Below are positions 1-10,190 of a DNA stretch of 64,000 nt, in pieces. The notes below the pieces were generated by a model. That model was not told the origin of the DNA. It ran no database searches and was given only the letters and a program-made list of their open reading frames with translations. The stretch lies in the IMG/VR virus record IMGVR_UViG_2061766007_000763; one strand, 5' to 3'. Every line of letters begins with the position of its first letter. Within the stretch, counting starts at the first letter, position 1. The position numbers were made by a program, and so were the translations under genes. Source of the DNA: an uncultured virus (IMG/VR IMGVR_UViG_2061766007_000763). Its lineage: Duplodnaviria; Heunggongvirae; Uroviricota; Caudoviricetes.

Positions 1-982
1 TATTCTTACATTATATACGCTTATTTTATTGTAAATAAGACTTTTATACGTTTATGTATAAAAGAATCATTTACAAATTAAAATACATATTATTTTAAGT
101 TTTGCAGTATCATAACAGGCCAAAATATTGATTAATAATAAAATAGGCCTTTTTTGAGTATATATTCATATAGTCAGTAAGGCCAGCGGCGGCGGCGGGT
201 TGACTCTTTCCGGCTGGCCATCCGTAAACATATCAAAAGCGACCCTTTTTGACATGTTTAAAAGGGTGCTCCCGTATTTATGTAAACATTTAGACGGGGT
301 CCCCTACTATGCCAGCCAAGGCCGAAATCCGCAGCCTCAAAAAATAATTTTTCCAATTTTTTTTCTGGATTTTATTTTTTTTCTGGAAAAAATAGGCCCA
401 TTGGCTTCAAATAAGGCGTTTTAAGGCCATGAAAAAGAATGAGGTGGTAGTTTGTACGTCTGAGGGTATGAAAATCGCTTGTGTGTCAGGAAATCGGCCA
501 AATTTGGAAAATTTTGCTTGATGATGCTATTGGGATTGNNNNNNNNNNNNNNNNNNNNNNNNNNNNNNNNNNNNNNNNNNNNNNNNNNNNNNNNNNNNNN
601 NTCGTGCGATTTGGCGGCATATCTGGGTATTGGGTGGTGAGGAGTACGTCATAGCCCGGGATGAGGGGTTGTAAGGCTTGGGTGGGAATGCTTTATACCC
701 CTTCCGGTTAATGGGGGCCGGCGGAGGNNNNNNNNNNNNNNNNNNNNNNNNNNNNNNNNNNNNNNNGTATTAACGAAATATACATCCCCCATAGTGATGT
801 ATATTTCTTATAATACAAAAACCGGGGTTTTTGCCGGTTCATGGGGTTATGTGTGGTCCGGATGTGGGCCTAAGAGGGTGTTTTTGAGAAAATTATAAAA
901 AAGGAATAATTACATACACTACGTGTATATAATTTTCCCTTTTATATAAAGGCTGTTCACTGTGAAAAAAGTTTTATAAATG

Positions 983-1015
983 TTTGGAAGTTTGGAACGG
1001 AATGCGTTATCTTTG
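983..1015 (+). promoter_or_regulatory. Bacteroidetes-type sigma-A promoter for the rightward small-ORF operon
   Basis: TTTG (983-986), a 21-nt spacer, then TATCTTTG (1008-1015), matching the TTTG/TAnnTTTG consensus. Confidence 0.7.
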
Positions 1016-1075
1016 TCCCGACGATGGCCGAAGAGAGGAGCCGTCGCGGTTGGTTGGATTAAAGAAAACGTGGTT

Positions 1076-1318
1076 ATGGAAAGTAACATCAACGAAAACG
1101 CGGAGGTCTCCGCATCTCAGGCCAAGCGTATCCTTGCTTACATGGAGGATGGTAACAGCATCACTCCGATGGAGGCCCTGAGAAAGTTCTCTTGTTTCAG
1201 GCTCGGTGCCCGCATAGCGGATATTTCCGCGATGATAGGTCGTCCGGTTCCCCGCCAGCGAGTCAAGGTCCGTAATGCGGACGGTAAGGACGTGTGGGTC
1301 ATGCAGTATCACCTCTAA
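1076..1318 (+). CDS. Winged helix-turn-helix protein (HTH_39-like)
   Basis: QAKRILAYM..G.SITPMEAL..F.CFRLGARI.DI motif; the ATG at 1076 follows the promoter. Confidence 0.75.
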   Translation: MESNINENAEVSASQAKRILAYMEDGNSITPMEALRKFSCFRLGARIADISAMIGRPVPRQRVKVRNADGKDVWVMQYHL

Positions 1319-1327
1319 TCACATTCT

Positions 1328-1641
1328 ATGGCAGNNNNNNNNNNNNNNNNNNNNNGGCTCTGAGCCGGATGGTTCCGATATTCACCATCAGCCGCACCCC
1401 TGACATGACCGGCATGTACGGTGTCACCATAGACCGTCGGCTGGATGACAAAGGGCTGGCCGAGGCTTTCCTGTCAGCTATCAACGCCTTTGAGGGTGAG
1501 ATGCGCGAGACGGTGCTTACCTCCATGATGGTGGCCTGCGCCGAGGTGCTTCGGGAAAAACCCTTGGACGAGACCTCCGAGCGGATGCAACGTTACGTAG
1601 ATTATATACTCAGCAGGCCCAAACCCTGCGCTTCATGCTGA
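1328..1641 (+). CDS. Hypothetical phage protein
   Basis: Tightly packed ORF; 5' part interrupted by Ns, so the start is uncertain. Confidence 0.5.
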
Positions 1642-1644
1642 ATT

Positions 1645-1983
1645 ATGGAAACTACAATAAACGGGAAAACATATCATTCCGGTACGGATAAACGTTTTGC
1701 GGGGTGTGAGTTCTGCGATGTAAGAATCAAAGACTATGCTTATTTCGAGAAACATTGCTTGCCCCAGAACAGGCCATATAGACCTTGCGGAGATGAGTCT
1801 TATCTCAAAATCGGCCCCGAAAGCGGTGGAAATACTGCAGATACCAGACCGGAATGGGAATACNNNNNNNNNNNNNNNNNNNNNNNNNNNNTGGATAAAA
1901 GAGGTTCTGAGGGCTGGATGATGTGTGGCACATCTTATGCGGGCCACTTCTACTATTATTTCAAGAGACAGAAATTATCGTAA
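1645..1983 (+). CDS. Cys-rich N-terminus plus DUF4177-like C-terminal domain
   Basis: CEFC...C motif; WEY....RGSEGW....YYFKR tail. Confidence 0.55.
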   Translation: METTINGKTYHSGTDKRFAGCEFCDVRIKDYAYFEKHCLPQNRPYRPCGDESYLKIGPESGGNTADTRPEWEYXXXXXXXXXXDKRGSEGWMMCGTSYAGHFYYYFKRQKLS

Positions 1984-1985
1984 TC

Positions 1986-2300
1986 ATGGAGATTCTGAAG
2001 ATAAAACACAAAAAAGGCTCGTGTTTCGAGCTGTCGCGCAAGTGTCCTCATGGTATGGAAGGCATGGTTGGCAGTACAAGATGCTCGCAGTGTGTCTTTC
2101 ACGAGGGGCACAATGATTCTTACGTGAAATGCAGCTTCGAGCCGGATAAATGGCAGTATAAGATACTCAAGAGCCCCAAGTTCCTCAGTGAGAAGGACCT
2201 TGGCGCGATGGGTAAGGAAGGCTGGGAGCTGGTCAGCGTCACGGAGCTGGGCACGTTCTGGCACTATCATTTCAAGAAACCTGTAACTGTCATACGATGA
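1986..2300 (+). CDS. Cys-rich N-terminus plus DUF4177-like C-terminal domain
   Basis: CPHG..CSQC; KWQYK...LGAMGKEGWELVSV...YHFKKP. Confidence 0.65.
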   Translation: MEILKIKHKKGSCFELSRKCPHGMEGMVGSTRCSQCVFHEGHNDSYVKCSFEPDKWQYKILKSPKFLSEKDLGAMGKEGWELVSVTELGTFWHYHFKKPVTVIR

Positions 2301-2656
2301 AAGAGATTACCATCGAGCATAACGAGATAGGCGGCACCCAGCCGTGTCCTTACGGCCTNNNNNNNNNNNNNNNNNNNNNNNGCCGCGAATGTATATACAA
2401 CATGAGCGTGAGAACGGTGGATGACAAGACCATCTGCTGCAACTATGAGTTTTTCCTTGACCAGTGTCCGGTGAAGTGGCGTATATGTAAGGCCGGATTC
2501 AGCTTCCCCGAGGAGGCTCTGGTCATACCGCAGGGCGTGCCCGGTCAGGAATACCCGCGAATCGCCAAATGTGCGGTATGGGATTCCAGATATATACTTC
2601 TCAGCGACCTGATGAAGCTGAGGATTAAGGATAAAGAGCAATCAATAAACAAATAA
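2297..2656 (+). CDS. Hypothetical Cys-containing phage protein
   Basis: ATGA overlap with the upstream ORF; operon packing. Confidence 0.55.
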   Translation: MKEITIEHNEIGGTQPCPYGXXXXXXXXXRECIYNMSVRTVDDKTICCNYEFFLDQCPVKWRICKAGFSFPEEALVIPQGVPGQEYPRIAKCAVWDSRYILLSDLMKLRIKDKEQSINK

Positions 2657-2666
2657 GAATGCTGCG

Positions 2667-2990
2667 ATGAAAATAGTAAATGACCTGCCGGAAGGCAAGC
2701 ATGAGGTGGAACGCCAGCAGGAGGAGCGCAGGGTTCCCAACGAGTTCCGTTTTGATGGCCGTATCAGGCGCACCCCGGGCCATACCCTGTTCTCGTATAA
2801 CGTAAATACCGGAGAGTGGAAGGTGGCCGACGTGGAACGTAAGGTTGTCATCGACATCAAGGGCCGTGAGCATTATGTCACCAAAGTGAAGCGTGAGGCC
2901 GGATGTGTGTATATTCAGGCCCTCAATCTCAAGAACGCGCAGAAGAAGATGGCGCGTGGCATTCAGAAACTCGAAGAATCGAAAGAATAA
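2667..2990 (+). CDS. Hypothetical phage protein
   Basis: Operon packing; PGHTLFSYN...CVYIQALNLKNA. Confidence 0.65.
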   Translation: MKIVNDLPEGKHEVERQQEERRVPNEFRFDGRIRRTPGHTLFSYNVNTGEWKVADVERKVVIDIKGREHYVTKVKREAGCVYIQALNLKNAQKKMARGIQKLEESKE

Positions 2991-3266
2991 TGATGTTATT
3001 TACGGTTAGACTTTACGAGAAGAAAGACGGCTGTTATGGCACTCTGTCTATAAGACATCAACCGACCGATGGATTGATAGAGTTTCCTATTGGGGATGCT
3101 CCAACCAAAAAAGAGCTCTCAGAAAAGGCGATGAATATTTTGAAATGTATTCAAAGCGACTTGAACCATACTATTGAAATTATGCAGGAGCATATCAATA
3201 CAAATTGTGAGCATATCCCTTATTATTCCAAAGGCAAATATTATCACCATAAACCAGAATCCGAAA

Positions 3267-3596
3267 ATGAAAAAGATAGACCGAGACCCATTCAGCAACG
3301 GAACGGCACACATGCTGTTTGAGGAAGCCAACTGCGACCATTGCATCAAGAACAGCGTATGGGATGAGGCCCGCGACCGATACACCAATGCTGACGAGGA
3401 TAATATGCCGAACAGATGTTCCATCTTGAGGGATATTATGAATAGGATGGTGAGTAGCAAGCCTATCAATCAAAGGACGGTGGATGTCTGCGACAACTAC
3501 ATACTACATGGAGTTCTCTGTCCTTATCGTAAGACCGAGTGGCCGAAAAGAAAGGCAAAAGGTCAATCAAAGGAACAGCTAAGTTTGAATTTATAA
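3267..3596 (+). CDS. Conserved-type phage Cys-rich protein
   Basis: PFSNGT..M.F...NCDHC motif. Confidence 0.6.
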   Translation: MKKIDRDPFSNGTAHMLFEEANCDHCIKNSVWDEARDRYTNADEDNMPNRCSILRDIMNRMVSSKPINQRTVDVCDNYILHGVLCPYRKTEWPKRKAKGQSKEQLSLNL

Positions 3597-4222
3597 AACG
3601 CTCTAACTATGAATATTGTAATCAGAAACAAAAAAAACGAGGTAGTCGATATTTGGGCCGATTGGTCAGGTGTTGTTCCGGTTATAGGTGATACTATTGT
3701 AGTTCGCACCGGGGACCACAGAGAGATAACCATCCATAAGGTTGTGTTGGGCCGATTCATTGATGTAAACAAACCTGAGAAGGTAACACTAATAATTGAC
3801 TTCCAGTAGTATGGCACCAGATATGTTGATAGGCTTAGATAATGCCCGAAAAGAGGAACTGCATAATGATGCCGTAGATGCAGTAAGATGTGGGATATTT
3901 GGAGTTCCAAGCAGACCTGTGTTTATTGGTGCAGATTTCGGGCACGGAAGGAGTCTATCTTCGTTGATGTTGGTAGAGATGGATTCCTGTAAAGTTATCC
4001 ATTGTAGCAAGGCTTCCATTATTTCTATAAAAGATGATATGAAGATGGAAGTGCGCGAGAATGACTTTTCTTCCATACCTCCTGTAACGTGGAGTGTAAA
4101 AGTCGAGACTGCTAAACAAATTCGGAAATTCCGAAAATTCAGGCGTGAACTCGGTCTGAAGAAGCCGCGTATCCCTCGCAAACTAAAGAAAAAATTGAAA
4201 ACCAAAATTAGACTAATGAGAT

Positions 4223-4711
4223 ATGAGAGAAATAAAATTTAGAGGCAAAGACCTCGAAACAGGTGATTGGGTTTATGGAGACCTTGAAATCCATCGCAAA
4301 GACTCAAGAAGGCTCATCCATTCATATAATGATGATGGCGACTATAACAGGCAGTATGATGTTGACGAGGAAACCATCGGTCAGTTCACTGGCCTCAAGG
4401 ATAAGAACGGTGCCGATGTTTACGAGGGTGATATACTTCGTGTTAGGGAGTATAAGAACCAATGTATGTTGGATATGACCCGCGAGGAGAGAGAACTCTT
4501 TTCATTAGAAGAACTGAAGGGTGAGTTGGAGAAAGATTTTATTAGCCCCGTCGTTTTTGAAGAAGGATGTTTTGTAATCAGTTCAAACGGAGGTGATTAT
4601 AACGACTATACATTATCCGTCTTATATGGTAATATGAAGCATTCTCAGCCCATCTTTGATTTTGTGGTACTCGGCAATATACACGATAATCCTGAATTAT
4701 TAAAACAATAA
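4223..4711 (+). CDS. YopX family protein
   Basis: MREIKFRGK..WVYG; GQFTGLKDKNG..VYEGDIL; VLGNIHDNPELL. Confidence 0.92.
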   Translation: MREIKFRGKDLETGDWVYGDLEIHRKDSRRLIHSYNDDGDYNRQYDVDEETIGQFTGLKDKNGADVYEGDILRVREYKNQCMLDMTREERELFSLEELKGELEKDFISPVVFEEGCFVISSNGGDYNDYTLSVLYGNMKHSQPIFDFVVLGNIHDNPELLKQ

Positions 4712-4733
4712 ACAACTTTAAAAACGAACAACT

Positions 4734-5084
4734 ATGAGTAAGAAAGAGAAGAATGGCCGCAAGCCCGGCCTTTGGTTTGAGATTGTTTCTTCAGTGATTC
4801 TGATTTCACTGAGTATGCTTTTGGGTATAGCCCTTTTCTGCCATGAATGGCAGGTGGCGATAGCTCATAGCCTTTATATTATACTTTGGGCCCTATGGTA
4901 TCGTGCTCAGAAGGCGAACATCCGGCTCCTTTATGAAAACAGACATCTGAAAGGTTTAATCGTCACAGCAATCGCCGGCTTAGAGGTCGCAACACAGAGC
5001 AAGGAAGATAAGGATGAGCACGATGCCGGCGATAGCGAGGCTGAGGCTCCTAAAGATAACAACGATGGCAAAGAAAAGAAATAA
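4734..5084 (+). CDS. Membrane protein with two predicted TM segments
   Basis: Two hydrophobic stretches followed by a charged tail. Confidence 0.6.
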   Translation: MSKKEKNGRKPGLWFEIVSSVILISLSMLLGIALFCHEWQVAIAHSLYIILWALWYRAQKANIRLLYENRHLKGLIVTAIAGLEVATQSKEDKDEHDAGDSEAEAPKDNNDGKEKK

Positions 5085-6054
5085 GTCACGTCTCTGCAAG
5101 AAGGATGTCGATACCATCTGTCAGATGCAGCGCACCATTGATTCCTACGAGTCATATCTCACCGGCCTGATGTATTTAGCAATGCACGGCAAGGAAGAGA
5201 GTAAACCTATTGTGTTATTGCATGGCACAGATATGGACCCTGTGGTCAATAGTGCGTATAAGAACATTAACCGTCTGCATGATACGATAGAACAGCAGCA
5301 AGAGGCAATCGAAAAACTCCGTGAGCAGCAGACTGAGGCCCACAAACCCCAAATAGAGAATCTATGATTTGCAGAGATTGTGTAGCCCTCTATTGTCCGT
5401 ATCGCAGAACTGACGCGACAGCGCAGTGCGCGTATGAGATAAACAACCCACAGGGTAAGATGATATACATACCATCTGAACCGTTTGACGTAGTTTCCTT
5501 CCGTTGTAATGCGGCAAAAGATTTTGTGGTTGGTATGCTTGCTCACGCTCATCGTTACCATCCTCGTGACCCAAAAGAAAAAGATTGGCATAAGGCAATC
5601 GTCGAGGAGGGTATAGAAATAGCCGACGAACTGATTAAACAACTTAATTTGCCGTTACCGCAATGAAAACATTCTATCTAATGATTTCATATAGGGTAAT
5701 GAGCCCGAATGGTATCACTTATGCTATCGGAGATAGTCTTAATAAAGTTGATGTCGGGCTCCCCAAGGGCGAAGGTAAATACGATTATATCGACTTCAAC
5801 ATCATAAAGGAGGATATAATTAAGAACAGCAAACTTCGTGAGACCTATGGTAATGATGTTGTGCTTGTTTTTACATCTTTCTCTGAATTGAGTAGGGATT
5901 GTTATCTTATGTTGAACGGAGAACTGACTTCAGATGGAAAAGAAAAAGCGTGAGATAATCGGCCAGTATGTATGCTGCGAAAACCCTCTTGATGGAAGGT
6001 TGGTGGCTATACATTTTAGTGATGGCTCAATGGTAATCATAAGAACTTTGTAAG

Positions 6055-6411
6055 ATGGAAATCGTAATTCACAGTAATAACTGGAAATGGGGTCGTAGCT
6101 TTGACCTTATTACCGAAGATGGTACCGGAACCGTATCGGTTAGTATAACTAATGATGAGCCGGAGCAAGCTTATATAAGCGGCCTGTCCGTGCATCAGTC
6201 GAGACGGAACCTGCATCTCGGGAGCTTCTTGATGAAAGAAGCTATGCGTGTCTCCATGAAGGAACGCGCCCGATACGCATATCTTATGGCAGACAAGGAT
6301 TCCTTTGTCTTCGATTGGTATAAGCGTTTGGGATTCAATTATTATGGCCACAAGCCGGATGAGAACGGCTTTGTGCCGATGTATGCAGACCTAAAAACAA
6401 TAAGCAAATGA
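6055..6411 (+). CDS. GNAT family acetyltransferase
   Basis: AYISGLSVHQSRRNLHLGSFLM (motif A); WYKRLGF. Confidence 0.85.
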   Translation: MEIVIHSNNWKWGRSFDLITEDGTGTVSVSITNDEPEQAYISGLSVHQSRRNLHLGSFLMKEAMRVSMKERARYAYLMADKDSFVFDWYKRLGFNYYGHKPDENGFVPMYADLKTISK

Positions 6412-6953
6412 CAACAAAAGCGAAACTGCAAGAATGGCAGAAGGAGATAGTAAAAACTGCAACCGAGCATGGATGGCATGAGACCGAACAGTCGGTGGGT
6501 GTGTATATGTGCCTCATAATGACTGAGGTTGCCGAAGCGGTGGAAGCCGACCGTATGGGGCGTAACTATAAGCTGACCAAGAACGATTACAAGGCCGGTG
6601 ACGTAGATGACGACATCTCATTCAAGAAGTTTTACCTTGACAACATCAAAGGTACCGTTGGGGAAGAGTTCGCAGACATAGTGATTCGCCTCTTGGATTA
6701 TTCTGGAGTCATGTGGCCGGAAGGTATCAATCTCGGCTTTGCAGACCACATGCCCCACGGGGATAATTTTGCTGAAAATGCTTGGGCGTTCAGCAAATAT
6801 GTACTGTTCCATACAAAAGAATCTGTTTCAGACTCTATCTGGTATGTAATAAAGTGGGCCGAGTTCTTGGGTATCGACCTCGAACAAAATATCATCTGGA
6901 AGATGCGATACAATAAATTGCGCCCGTATAAGCATGGCGGTAAAAAATACTGA
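6408..6953 (+). CDS. MazG-like nucleotide pyrophosphohydrolase
   Basis: LIMTEVAEAVEADR; EEFADIVIRLLD; KMRYNKLRPYKHGGKKY. Confidence 0.85.
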   Translation: MTTKAKLQEWQKEIVKTATEHGWHETEQSVGVYMCLIMTEVAEAVEADRMGRNYKLTKNDYKAGDVDDDISFKKFYLDNIKGTVGEEFADIVIRLLDYSGVMWPEGINLGFADHMPHGDNFAENAWAFSKYVLFHTKESVSDSIWYVIKWAEFLGIDLEQNIIWKMRYNKLRPYKHGGKKY

Positions 6954-6955
6954 TT

Positions 6956-7249
6956 ATGTGTGTGGTATTAGATAGTGAGCTGGTTGCTCAGAAAGTGCAT
7001 ACTTGTTATGTCTGCGGAGAGTCTATCAGAGTTGGAGAGAAACACAATATTCTCTCCAACTCAGAGAACACCATCCATCTTCACAATGACTGCTATAAGG
7101 CTGTATGCGATTGGGGAGAAGAAGTAGGAGACGAGATAATGACTTCATCGGATGTCATAGATTTTGTTTATAGCAAATTGAGGAAGAAAGGCATCCGGCC
7201 TCCTAAAAAACATCATGCGGCAGTACAAAAGTTGTATCCTGAGAAATAA
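6956..7249 (+). CDS. Zn-finger-like hypothetical protein
   Basis: CYVCGESI...HxxC. Confidence 0.6.
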   Translation: MCVVLDSELVAQKVHTCYVCGESIRVGEKHNILSNSENTIHLHNDCYKAVCDWGEEVGDEIMTSSDVIDFVYSKLRKKGIRPPKKHHAAVQKLYPEK

Positions 7250-7257
7250 AAAGACCT

Positions 7258-7818
7258 ATGGCAAAGATAGAGTTTAACATAAAGTACCGCCCGGAGATTG
7301 AGAGCGGCAAATACAAGGTGGTAACTAAGGACAATAAGAATGTCCGAATAATAAGTTGGGATATGCACACCTCAAGCGGAGATAAGATAGTCGCTCTTGT
7401 TACTGGTCAAGGCGGTCAGTTCGAGAAAAACCGCACCTATTTTCTTGATGGCAGGTGTTGCTCAAGTCAGCATGATTCCACATCCCTTTTCATCTTGACC
7501 GATAGTGTCGATTTGACGGAGTTTGAGATGCAGTACGCCACGTACCGATATGGCAGTCAAGCCGTCGAGATGTTCGGTCAAGAGCAGATAGAGGCGGTCA
7601 AGGAAGAGTGGGCTACTATACTCGCCATCGTACGCGAGGAAATGCGAGGAGTAATACCCCATTGGCATCACATGGAATCAGGTGCAGCAGGTAGCGGTGA
7701 CGGGAGGAACATTTATCTCATCAGGGATGGCCTTGATTCTTATAGGTTCTCACCTGTCATAGCAGGCGGTGATGACTATCTTGTGTTGGACGAACTTAAC
7801 AAACTTCCGAAGCTTTGA
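7258..7818 (+). CDS. Hypothetical phage protein
   Basis: 186-aa ORF in operon; YRPEIESGKYKVVT N-terminus. Confidence 0.65.
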   Translation: MAKIEFNIKYRPEIESGKYKVVTKDNKNVRIISWDMHTSSGDKIVALVTGQGGQFEKNRTYFLDGRCCSSQHDSTSLFILTDSVDLTEFEMQYATYRYGSQAVEMFGQEQIEAVKEEWATILAIVREEMRGVIPHWHHMESGAAGSGDGRNIYLIRDGLDSYRFSPVIAGGDDYLVLDELNKLPKL

Positions 7819-7824
7819 TTAATA

Positions 7825-8133
7825 ATGTATCAGAACGAAAATGAAGATAAGGAGATTTACAACAATCTCCTTGAATATATCAGCGAAAACGCTAAGGTGG
7901 ACCTTGAAACGTTAAAGACAAAACGGACCTATCCTATGCCTCTATACAGATATGGAGCCATCTGGTATCTTTTCGATACAAAAGGCTGGGGTTGGAGCCG
8001 CATCGGTCGTGCTATAGGCAAAAACCATGTAACGGTCATGTACGGCATAAAAACCTTGAAGAATTGGTTCCAGACCGGTAATGAAAAAGCAAAATATATC
8101 ATAGAATTAATAAATAATTATCATCATGCTTAA
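7825..8133 (+). CDS. DnaA C-terminal (domain IV)-like HTH protein
   Basis: R..AIWYL......SRIGRAIGKNHVTVMYGI resembles DnaA SLPEIGxxFGxRDHTTVxH. Confidence 0.65.
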   Translation: MYQNENEDKEIYNNLLEYISENAKVDLETLKTKRTYPMPLYRYGAIWYLFDTKGWGWSRIGRAIGKNHVTVMYGIKTLKNWFQTGNEKAKYIIELINNYHHA

Positions 8134-8554
8134 TTACAATCACATTACACTTGTAGGTACTATCGGCAAAGATGCCGAAACAAAGAGTTTTGAAGATAAG
8201 ACACTTATCAAATTCACTATGTGCGTAAGTCGCAGTTTCAAAAAAGGCGATGAGTGGACTAATGAATCTCAGTGGTTTAACGTCCAGATGTGGGCAAAGA
8301 ATACAACCCAAGCCAGAGCTTTGACAAAAGGGCAGACTGTGCTTGTCGATGGCCAGATGCTTTCTTCTGCATATGACAACAAAGATGGTGTAAAAAGCGT
8401 TTATTGGTACGTTCAAGCCAACACTGTACAGGTTCAACTTCAGAAAAAGAACTCTGAATCCGAGAGCGGTGTTAGTGAATCCCGGGCGCAGAAGGGAGGG
8501 ACCGAGCCGGCATCTGGTAAGAGGAAATCGACAAAAGATGATATACCGTTCTGA
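8126..8554 (+). CDS. ssb: Single-stranded DNA-binding protein
   Basis: N.ITLVGTIGKDAE; WFNVQMW; LTKGQTVLVDG; acidic DDIPF tail. Confidence 0.93.
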   Translation: MLNYNHITLVGTIGKDAETKSFEDKTLIKFTMCVSRSFKKGDEWTNESQWFNVQMWAKNTTQARALTKGQTVLVDGQMLSSAYDNKDGVKSVYWYVQANTVQVQLQKKNSESESGVSESRAQKGGTEPASGKRKSTKDDIPF

Positions 8555-8556
8555 TT

Positions 8557-9195
8557 ATGTCACATCAAAGAATAATGCAGCGGTTCCTTGAGGCACAGGG
8601 CCTGTCAATCATCAAGGGACATTTGTGTACAGACCTTTTTCTTCCCTACCTTCTTATGGATTGCCAGTATCAGATTTTCGATAAGAATATCAAGGGCATC
8701 AATATGAAGGGATACATGAAGAGTGTCAAAAACAGATGGGCTGAACAGAATAAGCTGTTTTTCAAGTCTTTGTTTATAGGTCTTAATCCAGAGGAATGCG
8801 AGGAACTGACTGACCTTATGGACGAATTTGAGGATTTCATACAGAACGATGTCTCAATCCTCAAATCCCATATAGTAAGTTGTATTCCTTCTGAGGTGGA
8901 TTTCGAGAAGCGAGTTTTGATTGGAGATTCCATGAGCTGCAATATACTGGCCCAGTGCGCCCAGATAGTATGGGGGTCTATGTTTAAAACACCGAACGGG
9001 AACCAAGATACAAACGCAAAAATCAAGGGTATAGAGAATTTGTCTCACCGAATGGCATGCGAATTGCATAATTGCGACAAACAAACAATAGACCTTAACA
9101 AAGAGAAAATCATTCATGCTTGTGTCGATGGGCTGAAGCATAAGATTGTGCTCTTTTTGCGTAATCAGGACGAGCCGGAATCGCAGACAGCTTAA
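8557..9195 (+). CDS. Hypothetical phage protein
   Basis: 212-aa ORF directly after ssb. Confidence 0.7.
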   Translation: MSHQRIMQRFLEAQGLSIIKGHLCTDLFLPYLLMDCQYQIFDKNIKGINMKGYMKSVKNRWAEQNKLFFKSLFIGLNPEECEELTDLMDEFEDFIQNDVSILKSHIVSCIPSEVDFEKRVLIGDSMSCNILAQCAQIVWGSMFKTPNGNQDTNAKIKGIENLSHRMACELHNCDKQTIDLNKEKIIHACVDGLKHKIVLFLRNQDEPESQTA

Positions 9196-9233
9196 AAATG
9201 CTCTTAGAAGGCATTTATTTGTGAAATTCTTTC

Positions 9234-9241
9234 TATATTTG
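9234..9241 (+). promoter_or_regulatory. -7 promoter element
   Basis: TATATTTG just upstream of the ATG at 9248. Confidence 0.55.
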
Positions 9242-9247
9242 CGTCAT

Positions 9248-9739
9248 ATGAGAATAACGGATTATTTACACCAACTGCAGGACAGAAGCTTAATTTGCGA
9301 CAGCTATGCAAAGAAAGTTTTTGCCGCCAGCACAAAGACGAGTATGCTTAATATCGGACTGGATGTTAACGGCATTGATTTTCTTGCCTCCATGTCCACC
9401 TTTGAGAATAAGCCCGATTATACTCTCATTGAAAAGGAATTTGGCCGTTACGCTAATGGCCGGTTCGTAAGACGTGACCGATACTCATCATCTTTCTATC
9501 TATTCAACAAAGAGAAGGTCGAGGTTAACACCAATATCACTCTGTTTATGCAGTGTAATTGCGATGTTAAAGTGAGGGATTATGATTGCGTCTCTTTATA
9601 CGTGGATTCCGGAAGCGTTATAAACATCTTAATGGGCGAACACTCGTCCATTAAGATTCACCGGTATGGTGATGCTGAGATTTTGTATGACAAGAAATTT
9701 GAAAACAACATTACGTTAAAAGATGGCCGGCGAAGATAA
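9248..9739 (+). CDS. Hypothetical protein of the type usually found after the tape measure gene in Bacteroidales phages
   Basis: ICDSY...GIDFL N-terminus with a beta-helix-like C-terminus; family recalled, not searched. Confidence 0.5.
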   Translation: MRITDYLHQLQDRSLICDSYAKKVFAASTKTSMLNIGLDVNGIDFLASMSTFENKPDYTLIEKEFGRYANGRFVRRDRYSSSFYLFNKEKVEVNTNITLFMQCNCDVKVRDYDCVSLYVDSGSVINILMGEHSSIKIHRYGDAEILYDKKFENNITLKDGRRR

Positions 9740-10190
9740 ACCTTTTTCAATAGTGTTGGTCCTGAATAAGTTCCGGAATGCGGAAGTCGTAACCATTGAG
9801 GACCGCTACGGCGAGAAAAAACGCGCCGTTTGCATACCTTTGGCTGACAATGACCTACACGAGACAATGAGCGGCAATGTTAATATAAATATAGTCGCAA
9901 TACCTGTAAAAGAAGTGGACTTCCGCAACCAGCAGACCCACTTCCTTAAACAGATATTCTCCAAGGACTTTTTTGAGCAAGTAATTAGAGCGGAAAAGTA
10001 CAAAACTCCAATCATAGGAAACGTAAATAAAGGATGTGGAAATCTGAAGTATGAAAGAGAGTCTGAGGAACATCGGTTAGATTTCTACACCTACTATTCT
10101 AACCGTTTCCATCTGTCTGCAAACAAGAAAGTTATACATAATGCTATTGCGAGAAGTAATGCTTACCTCAAAAAGAAGAAAAAACTATGA
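9723..10190 (+). CDS. Putative Bacteroidetes-phage ssDNA-binding (OB-fold-like) protein
   Basis: VCIPL..N.L...NINI.A......QTHFLKQ.FSK.....PIIGN pattern. Confidence 0.45.
   Translation: MAGEDKPFSIVLVLNKFRNAEVVTIEDRYGEKKRAVCIPLADNDLHETMSGNVNINIVAIPVKEVDFRNQQTHFLKQIFSKDFFEQVIRAEKYKTPIIGNVNKGCGNLKYERESEEHRLDFYTYYSNRFHLSANKKVIHNAIARSNAYLKKKKKL

Noticed and set aside
200..424. 74-aa ORF in the left non-coding region
   Set aside because: TTG start, and the Phe/Ile run derives from homopolymer tracts; probably spurious.
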